Below, piece after piece: positions 21,778-33,136 of a stretch of 64,000 nucleotides of DNA (position 1 is its first letter; each line of letters opens with the position of its first letter). The stretch covers positions 1-64,000 of the forward strand of contig CAWAUV010000006.1 in the NCBI GenBank assembly GCA_963785305.1, written 5' to 3'. The DNA comes from an uncultured Planctomycetaceae bacterium (GTDB lineage: Bacteria; Planctomycetota; Planctomycetia; Pirellulales; PALSA-1355). A program made the translations under genes and the position numbers. The notes under the pieces were generated by a model. It did not search any database. It was given only the letters and a program-made list of their open reading frames with translations, and was not told the origin of the DNA.

Positions 21778-22199
21778 TCACTCGCTGGCGGCGGGTTGCT
21801 CGGCGGAGCTTTCGGCCGGGGCCGATTCGGGGGCCGCTTCGCTGGTGGCCTCACCCGGCGCGGGCGGGATATACACCGGCTTCGGCGCCGGCGGCACAAT
21901 CTTGGGCATCGACAAACGCTCGCGCGCCGTCCGCTGCTTTTCGACATGCGAACCCGAGGGGCCATACTTCTTGATCAGCACTTTGACCTTGTCCGAGGGC
22001 AAGGCGCCCACGCCCAGCCAGTAGTTCATGCGCTCGCCGTTGATTAGTGCCCTGGCGTCGGTGTCGGGCACCATCGGATCGTAGGTGCCGAGCTCCTCGA
22101 GCACGCGGCCATCGCGCGGGCGCGGGAATCGACGGCGCAGATGCGGAAAAACGGCCGATGCTTGCGGCCCATCATCTTCATGCGAATTCTTACTGCCAC
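21778..22199 (-). CDS. rpsP: 30S ribosomal protein S16 with Pro/Ala/Glu-rich C-terminal extension (frameshift near 22115)
   Basis: [26 protein letters not shown] joined to [21 protein letters not shown]. Confidence 0.93.
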
Positions 22200-22412
22200 G
22201 CTGTTCTCCAGATTCTCGATAAACTTGGGGTGAAAACCGTTCGCCATGTTTGTCGCGAGGCCGCCAAGGCGCCGCGGTGATCGTTCATGTTCCCAAAAAA
22301 CCTTCCGGCCGGCGGCGAGGCTGGCTCGCGGGCCGGGCCTGGCGCGGAATCAAGTGGTTTCGCCCCGGCCGCGGTTTTGCTTTTCGTCGTGGTTTTGCGT
22401 TTCGTCGCGAGT

Positions 22413-23897
22413 TTACTTTTCGTCGCGAGTTTGTTTGCCGTCGCGTTTGCGTTTGCGAAGTTCCTTCTCGCGTTGCTTGCGGAGCTTCGAGCGTTCTTCG
22501 GCCGTGAGCCGCTTGCCGGTGCTTTGCTTGGCCCGGGAGAGCATGGCGCCCGGGTTGAGCATCGCGCCTTTCATTTCGTTCATGGCCTTGAGTCGACCGC
22601 CGAGGCCGAGGTTGGCCATTTTTTTCATGGTGTCGGCCATGGCGTCGTATTGCTTGACGAGATCATTGACTTCATGGGGCTCGACTCCCGCGCCGCTGGC
22701 GATGCGGCGCCGCCGACTGGTGTCGACCGCGCGAGGGTTGCGCCGCTCGTTGGGCGTCATCGAGTCGATGATGCCCACCAGCCGGCGCATGCCTTGTTCG
22801 GCGTCGACATCTTGCATGGCCTGGGCGATTTGGCCCATGCCGGGAATCATGCCCATGATGCCTTTGAGCGGCCCGAGCCGGCGGACTTGCAGAATTTGCT
22901 TGCGGAAGTCATCGAGCGTGAAATCGCCCTTGCGGAGCTTGGCCTCCTGGGCGGCAAGCTCTTCTTGATCGAATGTTTGCTGGGCCTGCTCGACCAGGGT
23001 GAGAATATCGCCCATGCCGAGAATGCGTTGGCTCATCCGCTCGGGATGAAATTCTTGCAACGCGTCGAGATGTTCGCCGACGCCGATGAATTTGATCGGC
23101 ACTCCGGTCACGGCTTTCACCGAGAGCACGGCCCCGCCTCGGGCATCGCCGTCGAGCTTCGTGAGAATCACGCCGTCGAGCTCGAGCGCTTGGTTAAACG
23201 CCTTGGCGCTGTTGACCGCATCTTGGCCGGTCATTCCGTCGACCACCAGATACACCTGCTGCGGGCTCACGCGGCGGTCGATCGCCTCGAGCTGGGTCAT
23301 GAGATCTTCGTCGACATGCAACCGGCCGGCCGTGTCGAGAATCACGACATCGGCCCCCTGGGTCTTGGCCGCCTTGATCGCATTTTGACACACCGCCACC
23401 GGGTCTTTGGCGCCCGGCTCGCTGTAGACCGGCGTGTCGAGCTGCGCGCCGAGCACATGCAATTGCTCGATCGCCGCCGGACGTTGCAAGTCAGCCGCCA
23501 CCAGCATCGGCTTGCGGCCACGTTCCTTGAGCAGCCGGGCCAGCTTGCCGCAGGTCGTGGTTTTGCCGGCGCCCTGCAAGCCGCACATCATCAAAGTCGT
23601 CACCCCGGGCTGCAAGTGCAGCGAATGGTCGACCGGGCCCATCAATTTGACGAGCTCCTGATGCACGATGCCCACCACCTGCTGGCTGGGATCGAGCGCG
23701 CGCAGCACGCGTTCGCCAACCGCTTCGGCCGACACGGCCGCCATGAAGTCTTTGACGACGTTGTAATTAACGTCGGCTTCCAAGAGGGCCTGCTGCACGA
23801 GGCCGAGCCCTTCGCGCATATTGCTCTCGCTCAGCTTGCCGCGGCCGCTGAGGGTCTTGAGCGCTCCGGAGAGTCCCGCTTGGATGGATTCAAACAT
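22413..23897 (-). CDS. ffh: Signal recognition particle protein
   Basis: [38 protein letters not shown], Met-rich M domain. Confidence 0.97.
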   Translation of the reverse strand: MFESIQAGLSGALKTLSGRGKLSESNMREGLGLVQQALLEADVNYNVVKDFMAAVSAEAVGERVLRALDPSQQVVGIVHQELVKLMGPVDHSLHLQPGVTTLMMCGLQGAGKTTTCGKLARLLKERGRKPMLVAADLQRPAAIEQLHVLGAQLDTPVYSEPGAKDPVAVCQNAIKAAKTQGADVVILDTAGRLHVDEDLMTQLEAIDRRVSPQQVYLVVDGMTGQDAVNSAKAFNQALELDGVILTKLDGDARGGAVLSVKAVTGVPIKFIGVGEHLDALQEFHPERMSQRILGMGDILTLVEQAQQTFDQEELAAQEAKLRKGDFTLDDFRKQILQVRRLGPLKGIMGMIPGMGQIAQAMQDVDAEQGMRRLVGIIDSMTPNERRNPRAVDTSRRRRIASGAGVEPHEVNDLVKQYDAMADTMKKMANLGLGGRLKAMNEMKGAMLNPGAMLSRAKQSTGKRLTAEERSKLRKQREKELRKRKRDGKQTRDEK

Positions 23898-26800
23898 GGC
23901 GAACGAAAACCGAAATCAAAGACAACGACGGACAATGAACACCAAGGACCGAGCAACCATTTTTGAGTGAGCGCGCGCCCCGCAGGGCGCGGGCTTCGGC
24001 CTCGTTCCGCGCGGCCGCCGCCCGGTGATCGCCGGAGCGGATAGCGTCGCAACTTGTTTTATGGCAGCGCCTTGCGACCGGACACAACCGAAAGAATCGG
24101 CGCCGCGACCGGTTTGCAATCTCGCATTGTACCGAACTACCGCCCGCCGATGCAATCGGGCGAGCTTGTGTTTTTGCCCGTTTTCCACAACCCAAGATTC
24201 TCCCCGGGAGCCTCGAACAGGGAGCCAAAACCGAAGCCCGCGATCCATCGTGCCAAATGCTCTCGGCAACCGGCCGTGTCGCACTTGGTTTGCCTCGGGC
24301 CAGCCACGAACCATGATTTATGCTCACTAGGCAGCCAATTTGGTTTCCGCAGGGCCATTCCTTCGTCACTCAACTGAACCCAGATCGCCCAGAGCCTCCA
24401 TCTTCATGCTGTTGGAGCCAGTGAATGGACTTGGCATTCCATATGCAAAGCGTTTTGTCCAGCGAAAAAGAAAGGCGCTCGTGGATGCCCGTAAGCCTTG
24501 CGAGCGGAAGCCTTTCGGCATGTTTTGATCGAGAAGGGTGAATCTCATGGAATTGCAACATCCCCTGGAAACGCCTGACGACGCCCGTCCGCCAACCGAT
24601 CCGCAAGGCGATTTCCCAATCGTTGGAGTCGGTGCCTCGGCCGGGGGGCTCGAATCGCTCGAAAAGCTCTTTGCCGTCATGCCGCGCGACAGCGGAATGG
24701 CGTTTGTGATCGTGCAGCATCTTTCGCCCGACTTTAAGAGCCTGATGGACGAACTGCTTGGCCGACGGACGAACATTCCGATTCAACAAGCGTTCGACGG
24801 CATCGCGCTCACGCCCGACACGATTTTTCTGATTCCGCCCAAAAAGGAGGCGATCGTCTCCGGCGGCCGAATCCATCTGACCGATCGCGAGCCCAAAGAA
24901 ACGCTCACGCTTCCGATCGACCACTTCTTTCGTTCGCTCGCCCAGGAAGCCGGTCCCCGAGCGGTGGCGATCGTGCTCTCGGGCAGCGGGAGCGATGGCT
25001 CGCGCGGGATTCGCGATGTACACAAGGCCGGCGGGCTCGTGATCTGCGAAAGCGAGGCCACGGCCAAGTTCGACGGCATGCCGCTCAGCGCCCAGGAGAG
25101 CGGCGTGGTCGACTTGGTGCTCCAACCCGAGGCAATGGCCGAGGCGCTGGCGCGGCGCTTGAGCGCGCGAATGAATTCGCCGATGCATCCCGTGTCGGGG
25201 TCCGAGGTGGAAGAACCGGTCGAGGCCGGGGCGGAAACGATTTTTCGGCTGCTGCATCGGCACTTCGGCATCGACTTTTCGCATTACAAATTCACGACGA
25301 TTGGCCGGCGAATCCAACGCCGCATGGCGATCGTGCAGTGCGACGATGTGGCGGAGTACGCCGAGCTCTTGGAAGCCGAACCCACGGAGCTCAGCGCGCT
25401 CTATCACGATCTGCTCATAGGCGTCACCAGTTTTTTCCGCGATCCGGGACTCTTCGAGCAGATCGAAGAGCTCGTGATTCCCGATCTCTTGCGGCGAGTG
25501 GGACCCGAGCAAGAGATTCGCGCCTGGATAGCCGGCTGCGCCACGGGCGAGGAGGCCTATTCGATCGGCATGTTGCTCCATGAGCAGTTGGAAGCGGCCC
25601 GACGCCCGATGAACGTCAAAATCTTCGCGACCGACGTGCATAAGGCGTCGCTTGAATATGCTGGCAACGGGGTGTATTCGGAAGAGCGGCTGAGGGATGT
25701 TTCGCCCGCGCGGCGAGCGCGATATTTCGAGGCGACGCTGGAGGGATTTCGCGTCGACGCCGAGCTGCGAAAGATGATCGTGTTCGCGCCGCACAATGTG
25801 CTCAAAGACGCGCCGTTCACGAAGCTCGATCTGATCGCGTGTCGCAATCTGCTGATTTATTTTCAGCCGCCAGCGCAGAAGAAAGCGCTTTCGCTCTTTC
25901 ATTTTGGCCTCAAGACAGGCGCCGGGCTGATTCTAGGGCCGAGCGAATCGCCCGGCGACTTGGCCGAGGAATTCGACTCGCTCGACGACCACTGGAAGAT
26001 ATTTCGCAAGCGACGGGATGTGCGTTTGCCGGTCGATGTGCGTCTGCCGCTCGTGGCCGCGGCCACGAAGCGCGAGGAGTCCCCGCCGCCTTTGGCGATT
26101 GGTGGCCGGAGTCTGCCAAACGCGGCCCTCATCGGCGCGTATGACTGGATGCTCGATCGCTTCATGCCGCCGGCCTTGCTGATCGACGACCGGCATCACT
26201 TGTTGCATGTCTCGTCGGGCGCCGAGCGATTTCTGCGGGTGCGACGCGGGCGACCCACGGGCGACGCGCTCGAACTGCTCGACGACGACCTGCGCAACGC
26301 GGTGATCGGCGCCTTGCAGCGGGTGCGCAATCGCGGCGAGAGCGTCTGCTTCGACGGGCTCCGCAATGTAACGAATTCGGGCGAGGAAACACTGCGAGTC
26401 ACGATCGAGCCGGTGGCGAACAAACGCTCGGCGCAAGGGCAGTTTCTGATTTGAATCGAGTCCCTGGCCCTCGACGAACCGGAGCCGGCCCATGAGGTCG
26501 CCAAGATCGACGAGCGGCGGATGAATCGCGACCGCATTCATTCGCTCGAGGGCGACCTGCGCTTCGCGAAGGAGAATTTGCAATCGTCGGTCGAGGCAAT
26601 GGAATCGGCCAACGAGGAATTGCAAGCCACGAACGAGGAGTTGATCGCCTCGAACGAGGAACTGCAAAGCACCAACGAAGAGCTGCACTCGGTCAACGAG
26701 GAGTTGTATACGGTCAACGCCGAATATCAGAAAAAGATCAGCGAACTCACCGAAATTACCGCCGATCTCAATAGTCTGATGGAAAGCACTGATGTGGCCA

Positions 26801-27998
26801 CGGTCTTTCTCGATCGATCCTTGTGCATCCGCAAGTTCACGCCGCAAATCGCGCGTGTGTTCAACTTGCTGCCCCAAGACGTGGGCCGCTCGATCGACAG
26901 TTTCGCCCATCATTTCGAGCTTGTCGACCTCGGCGCCAAACTGCGGCAAGTGCTCGAAACCGCGCGCCGCTCGAAGACGAAGTGCGCGATCGCTCGGGCC
27001 GGTGGATGTTGTTGCGCGTGCTGCCCTATCGGGCGAAAAAAGAAGTCGAAGGCGTCGTGTTGACGCTCATTGACGTCGATTCGCTGAAGCAAGCCCAACT
27101 CTCGCTCGCCGAGGCCGTGAAGCAGCGCGAGGACTTTCTCGCCATGCTCTCGCATGAACTTCGCAATCCGATGTCGGCGGTGCTCAGCGCCGCCGAGCTC
27201 ATGAAAACCGACCGCGTCACCCGCGAGGTGATTCAGGAAGCCGCCGCCGTGATCGACCGCCAGGGACGCCAGATCGCGCGACTGCTCGACGACCTGCTCG
27301 ATGTATCGCGAATCGGCCAAAACAAATTCGACATGCGCCAAGCGCCGCTCGACCTGCGCGATGTGGCGCGCTGCGCTCGAAACGGCGGGCAGTCTGTTCA
27401 AACAACGCGAACAACGCGTCGATGTCGAACTGCCCAAAGCGCCAGCGCCCGTGTTGGGTGACGCCGACCGGCTGTGCCAGGTATGCGTCAATCTGCTGAA
27501 CAATGCCTCGAAATATTCGCCGCGCGGCGGCGCCTTGTCGATCGCGCTGCGCGTCGAGGCCGCCGAGGCCAGGATCGTGGTGCGCGACCAGGGCGACGGC
27601 ATCGCGCCCGACATGCTCCCCCGCATCTTCGAGCCCTTCTTTCAAGCGCCCGACGCCCGGGTGCGCAGCGAGGGTGGCATGGGCGTGGGGCTTTCGGTGG
27701 CCCGCGGCGTCGTCGAGCAGCATCAAGGCTCGATCGAGGCTCTCAGCCAGGGCCCAGGCCGCGGCAGCCAGTTCACCGTGCGGCTGCCGCTCGATAGCCG
27801 CGCGACCGCGGCGGTCGAACCGGCGTCGGTGGGGATTCGCCGCGACCTGCGCAAGATCGTGATCGTCGAAGACCAGCCCGATAGCCTCGCGATGTTGGTG
27901 TCGCTACTCGATCGCGATGGGCTGGAGGTCGTGGCGGCCGAAAACGGCGAAGAAGGCTTACGCCGCATTCTCGCGGAGCGGCCCGGGACCAGTTCAGT

Positions 27999-29204
27999 TT
28001 ATGCGGCGGTGGCGAGGGGGGTGGAGCGGCGGTGGAAGGGGTGACCGGGGCGGTGCAAGAGGTAGTCCTTGAGCCGGTCGTCGTCGCTGAGGGCGGCGGC
28101 GCGAAGTTGTAAGATCGCTTCCGCTCCGTCGGGGTCGTCCCAGAACATCTCGGTCCCTTTCACGCGCAGGTTCATCTGTTTGATCAGCGATTCCATCGGC
28201 GCGCTGGTGACCGGCAGGCCCAGGCGGCGATAGGACGGATAGTCCATCCGCTGGCGATTGTTCGTCAAGTATCGCACAGCATCGACGAGCGGCTTCTCCG
28301 CATCAATGGGTTTCGTGTTCTCCGAGTCGATGCCTCGCGCGAGGCAGGCTTGCTTGATCTCGTCGATCACGCGATCGACTTGGCCTTGCCAGCACCAGTT
28401 GACGAACTTCAGATAGAGCGACCAACCCTCCGCATCGCTGGCGGCTAGGGCTATCGCCGCGCAGAACACGTATTGGATCGCATGAATGAAGTCGAGGATG
28501 GGCGTGAACGTGGGGAAATATTTTTTCCAGATCGACCAGTTCCAGTTCAGACCGTCACCGAGGAATACCCGCAAAGGGGAATCGTAGAACCGGCGACGCT
28601 GGGCTTCACGCTGCATCAGCGGGCCGAAATCCTCCGACGAGGACATGCTGCTCAGCACCGTGCGCAGCACGCGCTGCGGGCCTTCGTACTTCACCCGCCG
28701 GGGCTTCTCCGCAGCGGATTCTTCGTCGGGTGAATCGAGGCGGGGAACCGCTTTTTCCGCGATATTCGCCACTTTCTTGGCGCTGCGAAAGGAAGTCGGC
28801 AACTCGGGGCAAGCGTCTTCGTTCGCGACATGCCGCTGGTGGAGAGACATCCGCTCGAACGAAGCGTTCTTCGTTTCACGCCAGCCTTTCTCTCCCGAGG
28901 GGACGACGCCGCGCCCCCGGCCCGGCTCGCGTGTGCGAATTCGTCCGCCGTCGCAAGAGACCACCGCCGCTGCCGGCAGGACGACTTCTTTGCCATCGCC
29001 GGGCGCCCGCAGGGTTTTTCCGTCGGCCAGTTCCTGGCCCACTTGTTTCGCCAAACGCCGAATCGTGCTCCGTGGAACTTTGTGCCCCAGCACTTGCTCG
29101 GTGGTGACTTCCGCGCGCTCGAACGAACGGACTTCCGCGGCCAGGCAGACCACGGCCCGCGTCAGCTCGGGCGTGACCTCGCGGCTATCGAGTCCCAATT
29201 GCAA
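27999..29204 (-). CDS. Transposase catalytic part (OrfB)
   Basis: SCDGG, LGDGLNWNW, LDFIHA, YLTNNRQRMDYPSYR..GLPVTSAPMES..KQ..RVKG..MFW. Confidence 0.88.
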   Translation of the reverse strand: MQLGLDSREVTPELTRAVVCLAAEVRSFERAEVTTEQVLGHKVPRSTIRRLAKQVGQELADGKTLRAPGDGKEVVLPAAAVVSCDGGRIRTREPGRGRGVVPSGEKGWRETKNASFERMSLHQRHVANEDACPELPTSFRSAKKVANIAEKAVPRLDSPDEESAAEKPRRVKYEGPQRVLRTVLSSMSSSEDFGPLMQREAQRRRFYDSPLRVFLGDGLNWNWSIWKKYFPTFTPILDFIHAIQYVFCAAIALAASDAEGWSLYLKFVNWCWQGQVDRVIDEIKQACLARGIDSENTKPIDAEKPLVDAVRYLTNNRQRMDYPSYRRLGLPVTSAPMESLIKQMNLRVKGTEMFWDDPDGAEAILQLRAAALSDDDRLKDYLLHRPGHPFHRRSTPLATAA

Positions 29205-29559
29205 CCGCTGAGGGAAAAAAAGACCGCCGGCAGCGGTCGCAGTTAGCGGTCGTCTCGGTCAACTCGACCCGACCATCCAGGCTGGTGACGGACCGCCTTG
29301 CGGTTTGAACGCGGCACGTCGCTCCGCACGTGGGACAGTTCGCTTCCGTCGGGCAGTTCGCGGCGACTTCACGCGCCGCTCGCTCTTGGGCTTCGCGACT
29401 CAACTCGCGGCCGAGCGTAATAGCGTACCGCTCGATAATGCTATAGTGGGGCGTGCCGAGGAACACCCCCTGCTCGACCATCTCCTCGATTCGCAGCTCG
29501 GCCAGTTCCCGCAAAAGTTCCTGCTTCCTAGCCTCGCGGACCTGCAATGCGGCGTCCAT
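29185..29559 (-). CDS. Transposase N-terminal part (OrfA, zinc-binding CxxC pairs)
   Basis: CPTCG and CDRCRRSFFP; overlaps OrfB at a T7-CCC tract. Confidence 0.8.
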   Translation of the reverse strand: MDAALQVREARKQELLRELAELRIEEMVEQGVFLGTPHYSIIERYAITLGRELSREAQERAAREVAANCPTEANCPTCGATCRVQTARRSVTSLDGRVELTETTANCDRCRRSFFPSAVAIGTR

Positions 29560-30017
29560 GCCCGTGCTCCTTATGCAAGGTTTCGTTTACCGACCAAATC
29601 CACCTCCCCCAGCTTAACGCACAACCCCGAAATCCTCCTATTGACGTTTCCAACTCCACTTCCAACCCGCAAAAGCTGAACTGGTCCCGAGCGGCCCGAG
29701 CGGCCCGATGTGGCGCTGATCGATATCGACCTGCCAGGTCTCAATGGTTATGAAGTGGCCCGCGCAACGCGCCAGCGGCTCGACGATTCGATTCACTTGA
29801 TCGCCATGACGGGCCACGGCCAGCAGCGCGATATCGAAGCGGCCCGCGAAGCGGGGTTCAACGACCACCTGCTCAAGCCGATCGATTACCGGCGCCTGAC
29901 AAGTTTGTTCAATTCCCGGCAAGCCAAAGCCGATGGCAGGCTGGCCCCGGAAGAAGTCGCGAAGTCGTGAATCACGGAACCGGCGTGGCGGCGATGATCG
30001 CGAGCGCCGAGGCGAGC

Positions 30018-30964
30018 TCATTCCGTGGTCGGATGCACGCGGGCATATACATTTCTCAGGCCCAAGGGCGCGATTCGCACATCGACCAGCGGCAGCGAGG
30101 CCAAGTAGCCCAAGTGCGACGCGAGATCGCCGGTGGTTTCAAGTATCAGACGGCCCTCGGCGCCGGCCGTGGCGACGATTTGGTCCGCGAGCCCTGGGGG
30201 CGGCTCGAAGAAGGCGCCAGTCAGGCGGCCGACGATTCGATGTTTTCCCCGCAGATCGCTCATGGTTTGCAATTGCGCGATTTCGCCCGCTCGCACGATT
30301 GCCACGCGATCACAGGTATCTTCGACCTCGGCCAGCACATGCGACGAAAAAATAACCGTGCGCCTGCGCGCCGAGCCTCGCGCACAAGCGCGACCACTTC
30401 GGCCCGCACCGTGGGGTCGAGGCTGCTGGTCGGTTCGTCGAGAATCACGAGCCGCGTGTCGGCGGCCAGGGCCGTGGCAAGGGCCAGCTTTTGACGCGTG
30501 CCGGTCGACATGGCGGCCACCGAACGACCGAGGTCCAAGTCGAGCCGGCGCGAGATATCCAGCGGCAGGGTCATGTCGCGGGCGCCGCGAAGCTCGCCGA
30601 AAAACCGCAGCACATCGCGGCCCGACCAATTGCGAAAGAGTCGCGCCTCGCCCGGCAGATACGAAAGTCGGCGATGCACTTCGAGCGATTGGTGGTAGCA
30701 GTCGAGGCCATCGATCGTGGCTCGGCCGGCCGTGGGCCGCAGCATTCCGACGAGCAGCCGCAGCAGCGTGGTTTTGCCGGCGCCATTGGGGCCCAAGAGC
30801 CCGAAAACTTCACCCTCGTCGACCGCCAGGTTGCAGCCGGCCAGCGCCAACGTCTTGCCGTAGCGCTTCGTCAGGCCATGGGTTTCGACGTAGGCCAATG
30901 GGGAGTGCTCGGGGCTCTGCGGGCTCTTCGGGTGGGCGACGCTCGGAGCTGACCTTATTTTCAC
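30018..30964 (-). CDS. ABC transporter ATP-binding protein (ABC-2 type; frameshift near 30365)
   Basis: GPNGAGKTT, MSTGTRQK, ILDEPTSSLDP, FSSHVLAEVE. Confidence 0.88.
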
Positions 30965-31147
30965 GATTCGCGGATGTTAATCCAGTGTAGCGAACAGCCA
31001 TTTCCTGGTAAGATGAAATCGTCGACTATTTAGAAAAATAGGCAGGCCGTGTCTCTCCCCAGGGGAGCTGGCCGCGGTTTTTTGGATTCGCACACTCTGA
31101 CTTTTTGTCGCTCGACGCGATCGTGCCGCCAAGGGAGATCTCTCGCG

Positions 31148-31910
31148 ATGCAACTTGGACTCGTCACCTATCTCTGGGGCGCGGATTGGGATTTGCCCAC
31201 GCTCCTCAAAAACTGCAACGAAGCGGGATACCGCGGCGTCGAACTGCGCACAACCCACAAACACGGCGTCGAGCCGGCGCTCGGCGAAATGGCGCGGGCC
31301 GACGTGGCCAAGCAGTTTGGCGACGCCAAAATCGAGTTCGTCGGCCTGGGCACGGTCTGCGAATTTCAAAGTCCCGATCCGGCGGTCGTGCGAAAGAATA
31401 TCGACGAAGCCAAAGCCTTTATCCAGCTAGCGCCATGATGTGGGCGCCGGCGGAATCAAAGTCCGCCCCAACGGTCTGCCGAAAGACACGCCGGTCAAGA
31501 CAACCTTGCGGCAAATCGGCGAGTCGATCAATGAAGTCGCTGAATTTGGCGAGGGCTACGGGGTCGAGGTTCGCGTCGAAGTTCACGGCCATGGCACGAG
31601 CGAGATTCCCCTTTTCGCGCAAATCATGGACGTGGCCAATCACTCCAACGCCAAGGTGTGTTGGAATTCGAATCGCTCGGACTCCGATCCGCCCGGCTTG
31701 GCCGCCAATTTCGCATCGCTCGCCGCGCGGCTGGGCACGGTGCATATCCACGATCTGGCATCGAACTATCCCTGGCAATCCTTGTTCGATCTGCTCAAAC
31801 ACGCCGACTTCGAAGGCTGGACTCTCGTCGAAGGCGAAAACAAGGTGGCCGATCCGCTCGAGGCAATGAAACGCTGCAAAACGCTCTGGGACAAACTGGC
31901 CGCGGCATGA
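31148..31910 (+). CDS. Sugar phosphate isomerase/epimerase, xylose-isomerase-like TIM barrel (frameshift near 31432)
   Basis: GVELRT, KVRPN, VEVHG, VHIHD, W..VE metal-ligand pattern. Confidence 0.8.
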
Positions 31911-32002
31911 GCGCGCGTGGCGCGAGCCAGCATCGCGCGCCTCTGGGTTCGCGCGGCGCCCGTGAAATGTCGGAAAACTGGTTCGGTTCTTCTCCGAGGA
32001 GA

Positions 32003-32989
32003 ATGGCGATGCGTGCGCCCAAGGCTCTACTGGGAGCAATCTACTGGTCGGCTTGTGTGTGCCCGCTCCTGGCGGCGGACGCCGATCCGCTCGTCGGTCA
32101 GAAGGTGTTTTTCAAAGACAACGCCGTCATCATGCTCGGCGAACGCGTGATCGACGAATCGTGGCTGGCGCTGCCCGCCACGGTGGCCGCCGTGCATGGC
32201 GATCGGGTGCAGTTCGACGCGGCTTGGTGCGAGCGAAAGTTCGTGCTGCCGCTCGACGAAGCGATCGCTTACTTCAGCGAGCGGGTGCTCGAAAATCCAA
32301 ACAGTCCGGCCGCGTGGGTCAAGCGCGGGCAGGTCTGGCAAGCGAGAAACAAGCTCGATAGCGCGATCGCCGACTACAGCGAAGCCGTGCGGCTCGCGCC
32401 ATTGGATGTCGCGGCGCGGCTCGCCCGGGGCTTGGCCTACTGTGATTTAGGCCGATTTGACGAAGCGATCACCGACTTTACGGAAGTGCTTCGTGCTCAT
32501 CCTCGGCATCCCTTCGCCCGCATGCGCCTCGCTTTCGCCTATTACAACAACGGTGATTTCGAAAAGTCGCTTGATCAAAACACGGAACTCATGCGGCTGA
32601 TGCCCAAAAGCCCGAGCGGCTACAATGGCGTCGCGTGGATTCGGGCGACCGCGCCCGAAATTCAGTTGCGCGATGGCGGCTTGGCGGTGAAATACGCCAC
32701 GAAGGCCGCCGAACTCACGGCCTGGAAAGACGGCGGAGTGCTCGACACGCTGGCCGCGGCCGCCGCGGAAAATGGCGATTTCGCAAGCGCCATTAAATGG
32801 GAAGACTTGGCGATCGAGCACGTGCCCGACGAGGACGCGAATGCCATCTATCGCCGGCGGCTCGATCTCTATAAAGCCGGCCAACCCTATCGCGAAGATC
32901 CGCGAGCGGCCCGAGCAACTTCCGAGGCGCCGCCGAAAGGCAACGAACCGGGGGCCGGCAAGGCCGACGACAAGGTTGGCGGCGAGTGA
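32003..32989 (+). CDS. Exported TPR-repeat protein
   Basis: GAGGAG RBS before ATG 32003; signal peptide; TPRs; YNGVAWIRAT..LRDG..LDTLAAA motif. Confidence 0.8.
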   Translation: MAMRAPKALLGAIYWSACVCPLLAADADPLVGQKVFFKDNAVIMLGERVIDESWLALPATVAAVHGDRVQFDAAWCERKFVLPLDEAIAYFSERVLENPNSPAAWVKRGQVWQARNKLDSAIADYSEAVRLAPLDVAARLARGLAYCDLGRFDEAITDFTEVLRAHPRHPFARMRLAFAYYNNGDFEKSLDQNTELMRLMPKSPSGYNGVAWIRATAPEIQLRDGGLAVKYATKAAELTAWKDGGVLDTLAAAAAENGDFASAIKWEDLAIEHVPDEDANAIYRRRLDLYKAGQPYREDPRAARATSEAPPKGNEPGAGKADDKVGGE

Positions 32990-33050
32990 TGTCGCGGTGA
33001 CCACGTCGAAGGCGGCGGCGCTGCTCGCGATCTCGGCCCAAAGCGCCATG

Positions 33051-33126
33051 GAGCCGATCCGACAACCCCCCCCTCTCCCTTTGGGAGAGGATAGGGCGAG
33101 GGCTCGCCGAAGTTGTCGGATAGACC
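33051..33126. repeat. ~76-bp REP/MITE family B, copy 1
   Basis: Imperfect ends GAGCCGATCCGACAAC / GTTGTCGGATAGACC around core CCTCTCCC-TT-GGGAGAGG..AGGGCGAGGG; lies between convergent genes. Confidence 0.7.
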
Positions 33127-33136
33127 GTTGAAAGGT

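Larger units (their letters stand above)
27985..29688 (-). mobile_element. Complete insertion sequence, Mutator-like DDE group (ISKra4/ISLre2-like)
   Basis: 22-bp TIRs GGGACCAGTTCAGTTTATGCGG / GGGACCAGTTCAGCTTTTGCGG (2 mismatches); 9-bp target duplication GAGCGGCCC; two overlapping ORFs. Confidence 0.9.
24547..29970 (+). pseudogene. CheB/CheR fusion with coiled coil, PAS, histidine kinase and receiver; disrupted by in-frame TGA (26452-26454) and IS insertion (27985-29688)
   Basis: GASAGG/VQH/SGSGSDG (CheB); TSFFRD, GCATGEEAYS, CRNLLIYF (CheR); NEELQS heptads; SHELRNP, NLLNNASKY, GMGVGL (kinase); receiver split into IVEDQPD.. and DVALIDIDLPGLNGY..KP. Confidence 0.85.

Noticed and set aside
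23900..24540. Possible SRP RNA or other ncRNA upstream of ffh
   Set aside because: No SRP domain-IV motif or tRNA-like pattern found; looks like a divergent promoter region.
26590..26720. 21-bp periodic AACGAGGA repeats
   Set aside because: Standard NEELQS coiled-coil heptads of CheB/CheR fusion proteins.
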